Assembly (NCBI GenBank): GCA_973895155.1
Contig: OZ316891.1
Coordinates: 8,123,875 to 8,187,874, forward strand
Length of the DNA stretch: 64,000 nt
Direction: 5' to 3'
From: Marsupella aquatica
Lineage: Eukaryota > Plantae > Marchantiophyta
The position numbers were made by a program, and so were the translations under genes. Positions 50,147 through 61,911 of the stretch are shown here, in pieces. Position 1 is the stretch's first letter. Each line of letters opens with the position of its first letter. Under the pieces are notes generated by a model. The model saw only the letters and a program-made list of their open reading frames with translations, was not told where the DNA came from and searched no databases.

Positions 50147-52176
50147 GGTGTCAGTCAAACACGAGCCTAGGAAGGCCATTGAATTCGCTAGTGATTAACT
50201 ATTCAACTACGTCCAAGCACGTACTCGCGAACCAGGGGCATATTAACTGGAAGATCTATTATCTTTTGTTTATGGAAGTACTATAATTGCTGTTTAGCAG
50301 GTCCTGATTTTCTTTCTTGTGCTACTTGCATCTTTCCCCACCTCTTATTCTGGCAAAAGCAAGTCTCTTGGTTAAATCTTTTAAGCTTTGCCTTCCCCTT
50401 TTTCTCTCCACTCCTCCGATTAACGAGTTTTCACGACCAAAGTCCATGACGGTAAGAGAGTCAAACGAAAATTTTAGTGTCAGTCCTTATTTGGTCAAAG
50501 ATGGTACTCCATTAATATCGCATTGTGTTTTGCAGCTCAGTCTTGGTTCTGTATCGGTGGTTTTCTTAAAATGTTGGAGTAACAATGTTTTCAAAGTTAT
50601 AGCGGTCCAGTTGGCAGAGTCTGTGTTTCCCTGTTTTGCCGAAATTCAGAACAGAGCCCCATATCAGGCATCCTTTTCTTATTGTCTGGATCTGCAGGCC
50701 TTCATCTCCCTTTTTTGGAAGAAGGCCTGCAGATCGAGACAATACTTTCGTCCTTTCTAGTCAGGACACACCGGATCAAGCGTTAGTACAGTTGAAAAGC
50801 AATGCATTGAAGTAGGAGTTTCTCACGTAATTCCCCCAACTGTTCCTGAGTTCAATGTCTTTCATGGTACCACAATTCATTCATGGCTCTTTCAATGATT
50901 CAAGTATTCTTGACACGGAAACTTAGTTGACCAGATGATTATCATTAGTTTACAGTAGACTAATCATATTGGTCACCCAGCTACTGTAGCTATGGTTTTG
51001 AATTTTCAGAACACTGAATTTGGAGTGAGATTTGGTGGACCACGGAAGCTTGGCAGTACTGTGCAACTTGAATCCGATGACAGAAATTGATGTGCACCGA
51101 TACTCATCGTGGGCTGTGTTGGTGCTACCAGGTTCACCAGATTCAGGACGACTTGTTGTATGTGATATCGCTCTTCTACATTCCTCATCGACAATATTAC
51201 AAGTACATCCGACAACCTGACTCCACCAGATTCATGTATGTACTCAAATCAAACAGCCTGAACAAAGCAAGCCGTAAGCGGGGCAGTAAGGTCTGAACGG
51301 AGAGTCAGTAGTGCTTTACAGACCAGCTTTAGGAGAAGCTCTTAGTATCGACGATACGTCCTCTATCTGGATCTACGAACGCAAAAGTCTACACCTAAAT
51401 AAAGTTGACTCACTTTTCAGCATTGGACAGGTACAAAGACATACGTGAAAACATATCACCTGCAGCTACCAATTCCATGATGACGAAAACGAGGTCGAAC
51501 CTGCCAGCACCTTAACTTCTTGGAGTAAATCCTTAAGACTGTCGACAACTAGTCCAAGTCTAATCTGGAGTCCTCCGTTTGAGAACTTTGAAGATGTGAG
51601 AATCCGTTGCACCTTAGATTGCTCTAATTACAAGGAATTATTCTGACTAATTGGTAGTCGGGAACCGGTAGTGGAAAGCCGTTCAGAATTAGTTCTGCAC
51701 TCTGTGATGTGCTAAACGTATTGGCCTACCGTGCATTCCAACATGCTTTCAATATAGTAGGTGACTGATGTGTGAGCCTCTTTCTAACATCCATTTAGGA
51801 CCGTAATGTCTGTGTCTGGCAGAAAGTCAACGGACACAGCAGTCACGAGAGAGAGCTCACGTGAAAAGGGAGTCCTTCATTCAAGAAAGAAAATCATACG
51901 AATGCAACGAGAGATCTTAATCCAATTTCAGAGTGCAGCGAGCAACTTTATTTCAACCACCGAAATAACTGGGATGCAAGTCCGATTATCCCAACAAGGC
52001 CGGACCTTCGGCATCCGAAGAGAACAATCTGCCTACGGCTTGGCTTTTGCCAGCATCATACATTGTCTGCTACTGTATTACCGCCACCTTCACACTCCAC
52101 CAGGCTGCGGAGCTCGTTCTGAATCGAAGATCGATGGCGATACAAGCTCGAAGGCCATGATCTTTACGTTCACAAT

Positions 52177-52347
52177 TCACTTTTTGGCAGCAGAATTGGA
52201 ATCTGCACCGCCGCCGGTCTTTCCAGCATCAGCATTTTTCGCCGCAGCCGCCTGGGCTCTAGCAGGAAACCCATCTTTTGTATCTTTGTTCGCCGCCTGG
52301 ATTCGGTCAGCAGCCTCCGTGTCCATGTAGGTTTTCTTGTCAGACAT
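52177..52347 (-). CDS. Small hydrophilic SMP/LEA-like protein, 56 aa
   Basis: MSDKKTYMDTEAADRIQAANKDTKDGFPARAQAAAAKNADAGKTGGGADSNSAAKK. The M.. EAA.RIQ.A ... GF.ARAQ.AA..N pattern resembles seed-maturation-protein-like repeats. A plausible 5'-UTR intron acceptor (ttccag) lies about 12 nt upstream of the ATG. Confidence 0.7.
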   Translation of the reverse strand: MSDKKTYMDTEAADRIQAANKDTKDGFPARAQAAAAKNADAGKTGGGADSNSAAKK

Positions 52348-54411
52348 TCTTAGCCCGGCTGGAACGTACTTCAACTCTCTGCTTTACCAATGACACCGTG
52401 TCAATTATAACGCTACAGTTACGGTTACAAGAGCTAATGTGTGTTCCAGTAGACCATGGTAAGAAATTAATTAGCTCTCGGCCGAAACTGGTACCTACGG
52501 ATGCTCCCGTTGTGCTTCGTTGCTACACGTAGTTGTCAATTTCTTACAGCAATTCGTTTGCAAGTCAGGCGGCCAAAAACAGACTGCTAGTGGACGCCAA
52601 TTTCACAGGTTAGAAGCTCTCGAGCGAAATCGATGAATACAGATATTACAGGCAGCTTTATAGAAATTATAGAAATGCTGAGACAGACAGAGATTACAGC
52701 CAGGAAGCGCCAAGAGACAGAAGGTTCCCAAAGATGACTAACTCTCGTGCAGCAGGGAAGAAGCAAAGGTCAGGAGGACCGCATTACCCAGTAAGATCGA
52801 TCGACTTGATAAACACCGTCAAGCTCAAGGAAATTGAAATCGTTTTGCACCAACCCAGCAACAGTCGTCTTCGCTTTGGTGTTTGAAAGTCGCTTCCTTC
52901 AATCAATTTAAACTCTGCGGGTGAGTGGGGTAGTAGACCACTCGTACCAGATCTATGTCAAATCTAGCAGGTACCAGTGGGAAAGCTAGCTCAATCTCTA
53001 GGCCGTGAAAATCTCACTCCGCTGTCACTCTTACGGAACATCATCACTCTGGCCCCAGAGAAATCGTCATACGGATACCAGTAGGAAAATTAAGATACTT
53101 GACCTCGCAATCACACTCCACTCTCTGGACTATTCTTGTGAACATCCTTGCTTCCGGCACATGAATTAGCATACGGTACGACAGTAGGAGCGAAATCTTT
53201 TATTATTGCCCTCTAAACATTGTGGCCACAGATTTCTGGGTCACGGTCCTCACTGATCATAGAGGAAGACTAGCAGGAAATGCTTAAAACGCTGACCGTG
53301 ACAGTTGTGATTTAATTACTACGATCATTCCTTTTGTGAAATCGCTGAGGGCACGGAAGGTGCGTACCCAGTACGTTTGAGGAGTCAATCTGTTAAACTA
53401 CCATTCCACCATTGATCTCCCATCACTGCAGTTAGAACAAAACTTGCGCTTATTCTTGGGGTTGGGGGACCTAGCTCCAAATGATCTGGAAAATCAATAA
53501 TAGCCAGCCAAGCTCCATATCAGGATCAACTAATGATGGCCAGCCAAGAGTGGGTTATCTTTCTTATGCTTTACAATACTGGAGATCTTATCTTTCTCAT
53601 GCTTTGGAAACTAGAGACTCGGCCAAACACAAGCCCATCTGAGACACAATTGCTGAGTGTATGTGCCCAACGCATAAATCGAAGATAATTCAGATTTCCA
53701 TACAAAACATGAAGTCTTCATGAAAATGAAATTTGGAGACCCTGCGCTTTGTACAATGTCAAAACGTCAATGAGGCGGGATAAACTCTTATTATGAAGTT
53801 CAATTCCAGTCGTTCCTTAGTCAAGCAGCACATAGAGTGCACTGCGAAACTTCCTTCATTTTGCACAAGACCTACGTTACCTTCAAGCAGTGGGGGCCGA
53901 CAGCCGGATAGCGACAGCGTTGAAATCTGCAATGTGAGCATTTATTTCCGAGAATATCAAGGACTGGTACCTCCGGACGGACTGACGGACGGACGAAGTG
54001 ACTACTTGAATTTGATGCAGAATGTGATGGGTGTGTAGGTTTCTCGTTTCTCGAAATTATTAGATTCGTAGGGATCACAATACTGCGTGAACATTACCAT
54101 GAATGCTTGCCGGCGTGATAGACACTGCGGGAGTGCGGGAGGGTAAGGGAATTAGTACAACAAGAGTGAACATCACCCAGTCACCCTGGCAGTGTACCAG
54201 CGTTTTTTGGGGTCGCTACAATTGAATAGTTTAGAACGTCTTCACCGACTTCGCGGTTTACGGCAGCATAGCCAAAATTTGCCAGGCCGTTTCGGGGCCT
54301 GAAGGAACTAGGGGTCGCGTTCTGCAACTTATCTTAACCCGCAGAGCAAAAATTGGTGCCCCAATTGGTCACCAGAGCCGTGTAAAAACTGAGAAACTTC
54401 GGGTTTGAATA

Positions 54412-54473
54412 GAGTAGGGAGTCTCAAATACAAATGTGAGGCCTGACCAATCGTGACCAAAATAGAGGGCCGA
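54412..54473 (-). repeat. Dispersed repeat copy, inverted relative to 33250-33630
   Basis: Its reverse complement gggccctct...tggtcaggcctcacatt.gtatttgagactccctactc matches blocks at ~33252, ~33356 and ~33446. Confidence 0.7.
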
Positions 54474-56329
54474 CTACAACGAGGAGAGTACCCGCTTTCA
54501 GTGTGTTCATTGACTTACCTTGCAATTTCACGCACTATCGCAACTCCTCTCAAATCTGAGAGCCCAAAAATGTCACTGCCTGGCTATACCAGTTTCGGTG
54601 CGCCCATCGAGTGCAATCTGGGACTCCAGTGAGGTGGCGTTGTTTTTCAATATTTGGGACGCCCTAGTAGAGGAACGTCGCTCGTATATGTCTAGACCAT
54701 TGAGCTCGTATGTGCTCTAGAGCATTGCGATTTATTTGGGAAAGTAAAATTGTGCAATGACAGAAAGTGCATTTGATTTTGGTTTCCTGTTGGGTGGGCT
54801 GCCCTGGGAGTGCCTCCTTCTGGAAGGGGTTCATCCTGAGCGTGGGCATCCAAAGGAACAAGACATGGCTGTGGGTTTCGATGGGTCCTCGCCTTGGAAA
54901 CGTTTTGAAATGAGGAGGATCAATTTGTAACAATTCTACATACTGATTCTACAAGCAATTATCCGCTAAATTGCAGGGTGTCGATCTCCAAGCTCCTTCT
55001 CATACATGCTATATCTAATACTCTTTCTCCAGAAGATCCTCTACTGCTCATTTAGTGTAGGGCATTAAGCGTTTGTTTTTTCATTTAAACTTCTTTGTCA
55101 TCTCCATTCAAGCTTGTTGTCCATTTGACATCCTCCGCCCAAGCTCTCCATTTACTGTTGGGGTGCCTATGTGGTGATTGAGAATATGCCTCCCATAAAG
55201 AATTTACCCAAGGGTTACAAGGGAAAAGCGCCAGTGGAGTAAGAGACGAACAAGGAGCCCACATTATTTGACTGAGTCCGAGTAGTAGGAGAAGAACGAG
55301 GAGCCCACGTTACAGTGTGACTCTGACGATGAGAGCATGGAGGCCTGCCTGAAGCACTTGACCTTCCTGATTTTAAGGGCCAAGAATGGAAGTTTGGAGG
55401 AGGAAGTGGAGGAGCCAAAGTAGGCCATTGTGGACAAGACGGCTACCATGGAGGAGCCAAAGAAACCAAACACTTTCCAAGCATTAATTTGAGCTTGCCA
55501 AAATATTCATGGTGGATTTATGTTGTTAGTATATGATGATTTTGTCTCTTGGTCACCATATAACCCAGACGGAGTGAACTATGTATCTCTTTGTTAAAGT
55601 GTGTTAGTGTTGATGGTATGTTGTACACTGCTTCCACGTGACATCATGATATCAGTTTGATTTTATCATAAAAACATTTGCCACCTTAGTTGGCACCAAA
55701 AAATCACCTTGAAAATTATGCATTGTACCCAGGCCTGGCTGTTGTGAAGATCACTCTGATTCAGCAATAAGAGAACTATTGTAGAGACAAAATACACGAG
55801 TGCTTGTTGACAATGCCAAAGTCTGGCATGGTTGTGTATGGATTCAACCTATTTCTTTTCTGATTGAGTAAAACGAGAACTGTAGAGACGAAATACAAAC
55901 ACGACGAAATACACTAGTGTTTGTTGACATTCCCGAGGCTTGGCATGGTGGAAATTTTCTCTTACAATACGCATCAACTTAGTATTGTTTTGGATTATCA
56001 CCTTGGTAAGACTATCAAAATTGAATATGAAAATGAATCACAAATAAGAGTGTGTTTGGAGTTTCCATACACACGCCTATTCATGATTGGGGCAACACCG
56101 GCAAAACGGCTGGATAACCATAACAGTGTTTGTAAAACAAAAATTACATAACAAATAAAAAGAGCTGGGTGGGTTGAAAAAGGCAAAAAGTAAATTTAGT
56201 TATATTTACACTTTGGACATTATAACATAAATAACTAAAAATTAATTTATTAATGGAAAATCAATCTTGACACACTAATACATCAAGCTTAGCATTGAAA
56301 ATTAATTCATTTGCTTCCCTTGAAATTGA

Positions 56330-57900
56330 GGGTGTTGATTTCTGTTGCGGCTTGATTCTTGTACACTTGCTTGAGGTAAAACTACTTGAGCCTACCATAG
56401 ATTGCTGCTAAAATTTCTCTGCACCAACGAGCAGCAGTGCTGTCCAACTATGCTTCACTATCCAATAATTGCTTGATGTTGCGTCGACTGTCTTCCCATG
56501 TGAATTTCAGTATCCTTTGATTTGGGTACTTGCTAGAGGATAATTTAATTGATTTAATCTGTCCATTTTTTATTTGCTGTCCATCTTTCTAGTTGAAATT
56601 TCAACACTCAGCTCTGTGTCCTATCTAGCAGCTAGAGCATCTATTTATCCTCTTGCTTAATATCCTTGTTGTGACCCACCTATTATATTGGCATTTACTT
56701 TGAGATCTAAAGTTAATATCTTACTTGATTAAATAGTCTAATTGTAGTCAGTTTCTTGGTTAAGGTTAGATATCTACTACTATATTCACTGGCAGGACTT
56801 AATTAGTGAGTGCCCGAGTGAGTGAAATATAGGCTTGTTATTACCGAGCCAGTTGAGAGGTAAAGTGAGTTTAGTTTGTGGAGACTCTGTCAATATAGTT
56901 AACATGGCTTAGAGTTTAGTAAAACTCTTTCCTGAGTACACGTGGGTGGAACCTCTGGAGAGGTGAACCACATATTTATTGTGTCAACACTTGTGTATTT
57001 GTTGGGTGTTGCATGAGTAACAATTGTTTGCTAACAATAGCTACTCCCAGGTAAGGTGTGTTTGGCTTCTGACTAGCAACCCAAAATATCTCCTATCATC
57101 CTTGCTTTCCATGTGCATTTGCAATTCAATTAGCTGTAGGTGTGTTGCTGAAATTTTGGCCAAAATTGTTGTTGCACCTCAAGTGTCCACTAAATATATG
57201 GAATTTAAAGTGTTTAGGCCCTGTCATAACTTGCTGCTCTATATTTGCTCACAAGGCTTTGAGTGCATACTTGGTTCAATCAATTTGATGTAACTTAGGT
57301 CAATTCAGATTTTGTTCTATCTAGGAAAGCTTAGCTCTCCTTCGCTCACTTGCTCTTTCACCTTTGCTATTGTTTCTCCTTCCTATGGTTGTCCATTCAA
57401 GTTAACTTCTCAGTCAATGTTGTGCGTCTAGCTGGTTGAGTGATTTCCCTTGGTTTCAGTGATTTGCCCTACTCCCCATTGGTTTGCTTGCTCGATTTGC
57501 AGTAGCAATACCTGCCTTTGGCCACTGTCTTCCTTGGTTTCCAATGTCCTACTTTGCATCGTGCCCTAGCTACGCCCACCATAGCTTAGTCTCTTCACAT
57601 TTCCAGATCTGTTGCTCAAATGGTGTGGCTCCAATTGGATTTCCCAATTGCGGTCTGCTGTTCAATAAGTGCATCGCATATGGCTTCTCTCTCCAATTTT
57701 GCTATGCCTTGACAGTTTGCTTTTTCATTAACCTCTTCTACTTGCACTACGACAATACAGGCCCATAGCTCAGATTACTTGCAAATTGGTTGAATACTAG
57801 ACTGGCCTTAATTGAATCAATCATCACTTGCAATTAGTGCTGTCAAAGTTCCCTCCTCTAACCCACACTCTCATTTGCAATGTGAATAGTTTTGGTTAGT
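56330..57900 (-). mobile_element. Highly degenerate, possibly LINE-derived sequence
   Basis: The minus strand gives fragments such as PYLGVAI and ILKFTWEDSRRN among many stops. The resemblance is weak. Confidence 0.25.
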
Positions 57901-60501
57901 GTGGCCTGAGTACCATGCCAAGAAACAGGACAAAATTTACTCAAAATAGTGTAATGCCTCAAATCTTACTAAATCTAGAACTAGGGCTACATTCCCAGAA
58001 GATTGAATCTCTCAAGATATTCAATTTTTTATACACCTGCTCAGGTTCCCCCTGGGACTGGTACAGGTGCGGCGAAAGGTGGTTCAAATTGCCTGGTCCT
58101 CCACCATAGTAATCACTTGCAGATTTTGACTAATCCAACTACAACTAAAGGTGGATTTTGAATTTTGCTTACTGTCTGCTTGTCCACCTAATTTTTTTAG
58201 TTTTATCATTTTTGCCAGGAACTAGCTTGTGCAAAAACCAAATAGTTATTAAAATTAGTACCTATTGAGCACAACAATTTAGAGTGCTTCTCAAACCTCC
58301 AAATTATTATGTGATCGGATGCAAATTTAATTGATACATTACTTTAAAAAATAAAAAGTAATAAAAAATAGAACATGTATCAGGGGAGCATCAAAACATT
58401 CGTAAATAGGGGTCTACTAGGTTACTCACAAGCATAAACATAAATAAACATATTCATAACTATGCATCCCAATAATTACACATCAAAATGTGATACTATA
58501 AAATGTAAGTGTACCATGAATAACTCTCAGTTTTAAATTGAAAAATTAGGTTTATCATGGTATGGAGTGCCATAGTAAATCTTATGTATGATCACTTTTT
58601 TGATGTGCAATTACAGGAAGGCAATAAGTAATAAGTAGGGGGTCCACTAGTTATCTTATATTGTCAGAATTTGAACACCCAGGCAGTAGAACGTCCACTA
58701 TTTAACCTTTACTATCTCATTTTGAACACCGAGACAATAATCTAGTAGAGGGTGCACCAATTGGCTGAACTTTGTTCGTTGAGTAGTTGTGATGGGACCC
58801 AAAAAGGCCCCAAGACGTATTTGTCTGCAATACTTCAGATTCAGAAAGTGGGAAGCCTTACTTTACATTAAGAAAGTGGGAACCCCTCTTTGGTCAAGGA
58901 CCTGGTTGTCTTACATTTTTAAGCCTGGTTATCTTACATTTTATAGCTTTTAAGTAATTTGTCACTCAAAATGTTCTAATTGATAATACTTGTATAAAGA
59001 TGACAAGTTTACCAAGGTACCCAGGGAACAATATATACATGACATTTTTGTAATACCAAAAAAAAAATGTCGATACTGTAAATTCAAACATGTTTAGTGA
59101 CAATATAATTAAAAATTGTACATTTTCATACTGATCCCATATAATATATTATTACGGGGTCCACTGGCTACTGTAATTATGGTTTGGCGTCGATCCTTGG
59201 TCATGTCCAGATGACAGAGGACTGCGGCTATTATTTCAGTGCATGGGCTTGTTCATCGCAGCCCGTCGGAAACAAGACTCGTTCACACGAATCACGAATG
59301 GGCTCACTCCCCAGTGACCAGCGTTGTGCGATTCGCACAATATTACAATATTGGTGTAGGAATTGGTCATGCCACTAGTATCGCTGTATCGTTCATCGTG
59401 GTACTGACCAAGGTCCGAGGTCGCAAAAGGACTCGTTCTGCGAGTGGGCTCGCTCCCTGCCGTTGTGCGATTCGAAGAAGCTCGGTGGAGGAATTAGTCA
59501 TGCCAGTAGTAGTAACGATCACCGTGGTAGCGTAACCCATGTGCGTTAATTTAAGGTCCGACGTCAAGAAGCGAGAGAGCAAAGTTCACCATGGTAGCGT
59601 ATCCGAGATCGAGGAGTGTGAGAGCAAAGTGACGATTCCTTTCTTTTCCTTGAATTCCTTCTGACGCGGTGAGTGAGTGAGTGAGTGAAGCCTTTTTAAA
59701 GTTGCGCAGTAGTGAGGAAGTGAGGATGGCGGCGATGATACAGCTTAGCAGTATGGCAGAAGACCGGGTTGAGTCAGGAAGTTGAGGAAGTCCACCACGA
59801 CCGTCTTTAATGCGGTCCTGCGCACGAGATCCAAGTGTTTGCTCTGTTTGGAGCTTTGCGGATCGTGAAGTAGAGAACTTACTACTGTACCGCTGCTCTC
59901 CTTCTTTTGCCGTTCATCGGCGGGAGGACGTTTCATTGCGCGAAAAGTGATTTGGCGTCTGCTGCGGGTAGCGCTTCGTTCTCCATTTGCTGCGAGGTGT
60001 AAGCGACCCGTCTTCTTTTTGTTCCCCGATTTGTCAGAGAAGATCGATCATTCGATCGAGACAGAAATCGCTTGGTACTTTGCGGATCGTAAACTACTGA
60101 GCTTGTTCTGTTTTCTTTCCATGAGTGGAGGTCTGCTTGCGTAACACGTAATTGCGCTCTGCAGCGACCCCTTCGTTCTCGTTTTGTGCGTTGTGCCGGT
60201 TACATTCGTCTTTTCTTCCCCGACGATTTGTCAGATAAGATAGATCGATTCTACTGTGTTGACTTGTTCATAGCTGGAGGAGCAAAAGTTGTTTGGCAGC
60301 AGTTATCAGCACGGCACTTTACGCTACGCCACTGAAGTATTCCTGGAGTTTTTTGGGGGGGAGGGAAGGTGCGAGACAGGAAGGAGATTTACTGTACTGT
60401 CGATTGATTTGAGGGTTGACGATAGTTCATAGGAGGCAAAGAAGCGAAGATTCACCGATCTTGAGGCTTGGGAGGGAGGGCGTCTGGAGGCGTGGCGTGG
60501 A

Positions 60502-61911
60502 ATGAAGAACAACAAGAACCTATTGAGCGGTCAACAGGGTGATGCGTGCAGCATTGATTCCTACGAGAGTCTCCAAAATCCTCTTCTGCAACGGCACCAG
60601 CAAGACATAATGTACGATCCGTCCACTCCTGGGAAGGCCAAGATGGACAGGAACGTTCACTTCGGCGATGTCCAAAGCAGGCCTCAGAATTATTTCTTCA
60701 TTGTTTCCGTCGGCCTGTTCATCCTTTTGGCATGCTTCTTTTTAATGCGAGACTCTACTTCTACTTCCGTAGAGACTTATAAGTTTCGGAACGTCAAGGA
60801 TGTTCCTGAGAATGGGATTGCCTCATCAGCGCTTTGGCGAACGAAAGAATGGCAGCAAAGAGTGCGCCAATCGTGCCGTGTGAAGCGAGAGGAGGGCTTT
60901 GTTGTTCTGGTGACTGGTGCCGCAGGATTTGTGGGCACTCATGTTTCGATAGCATTGAAGAAAAGAGGGGATGGAGTTGTAGGGCTAGATAATTTCAACA
61001 ACTACTACGATCCAACGCTCAAGCGTGCGCGGCAAACTCTCCTTGAAAAGCATGGAGTTTTTATAGTCGAAGGAGACATCAACGACGCCGTGCTTCTGAA
61101 AGAGCTATTCGACTTCGTTCCTTTCACTCATGTCATGCACTTGGCAGCGCAAGCAGGTGTGAGATATGCTTTGCAAAATCCTGGCTCCTATGTTCATAGT
61201 AACATTGCTGGCCTGGTGACGCTTCTAGAGCAATGCCGGAAGGCGAATCCGCAACCAGCATTCGTTTGGGCGTCGTCGAGCTCAGTGTACGGGCTGAATA
61301 CAAAGGTGCCGTTTGCCGAAAGTGATCGAACGGATCGACCAGCAAGCCTTTACGCAGCGACGAAGAAGGCCGGAGAGGAATTTGTACATACTTATAATCA
61401 CATTTACGGTCTCTCTATCACAGGGTTGCGGTTTTTTACAGTCTATGGCCCCTATGGTAGACCGGACATGGCGTATTTCTCTTTCACACAGAATATCCTG
61501 CAGGGCAAGCCGATCACCATTTATCAAGGTGCGGATAAAACGGATCTAGCTCGTGATTTCACATACATCGATGATATTGTGAAGGGTTGTGTTGCGTCGT
61601 TGGATACCGCTGAGAAGAGTACAGGCACTGGTGGGACAAAGAGGGGTCCTGCTCAGCTGCGCACTTTCAATCTGGGTAACACTTCTCCTGTCACGGTGCC
61701 AGAGCTGGTGAGAATCCTCGAGAAGCATTTGAAGGTTAAAGCCAAAAAACATCATGTTAAAATGCCGCGCAATGGCGATGTGCCATTCACTCATGCCAAT
61801 GTGACCCTAGCCCGCACGCAACTTGGCTACAATCCTACAACCGATTTGACGACTGGACTGAAGAAATTTGTTAAGTGGTATCAAAATTACTACGAGATCT
61901 CAACTTCTTAA
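60502..61911 (+). CDS. GAE: UDP-D-glucuronate 4-epimerase, 469 aa, intronless coding region
   Basis: N-terminal type II transmembrane helix YFFIVSVGLFILLACFFL, NAD-binding VLVTGAAGFVG, HLAAQAGVRYA, WASSSSVYG, catalytic YAATK, RFFTVYGPYGRPDMAY and GDVPFTHAN. Confidence 0.95.
   Translation: MKNNKNLLSGQQGDACSIDSYESLQNPLLQRHQQDIMYDPSTPGKAKMDRNVHFGDVQSRPQNYFFIVSVGLFILLACFFLMRDSTSTSVETYKFRNVKDVPENGIASSALWRTKEWQQRVRQSCRVKREEGFVVLVTGAAGFVGTHVSIALKKRGDGVVGLDNFNNYYDPTLKRARQTLLEKHGVFIVEGDINDAVLLKELFDFVPFTHVMHLAAQAGVRYALQNPGSYVHSNIAGLVTLLEQCRKANPQPAFVWASSSSVYGLNTKVPFAESDRTDRPASLYAATKKAGEEFVHTYNHIYGLSITGLRFFTVYGPYGRPDMAYFSFTQNILQGKPITIYQGADKTDLARDFTYIDDIVKGCVASLDTAEKSTGTGGTKRGPAQLRTFNLGNTSPVTVPELVRILEKHLKVKAKKHHVKMPRNGDVPFTHANVTLARTQLGYNPTTDLTTGLKKFVKWYQNYYEISTS

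Noticed and set aside
51806-52330. 174-aa plus-strand ORF
   Set aside because: It is antisense to the SMP-like gene and its 3' UTR, with no domain evidence.
52360-53380. Several GTAC cores (possible SPL/copper-response elements) upstream of the SMP-like gene
   Set aside because: The count is not clearly above chance for a 4-mer.
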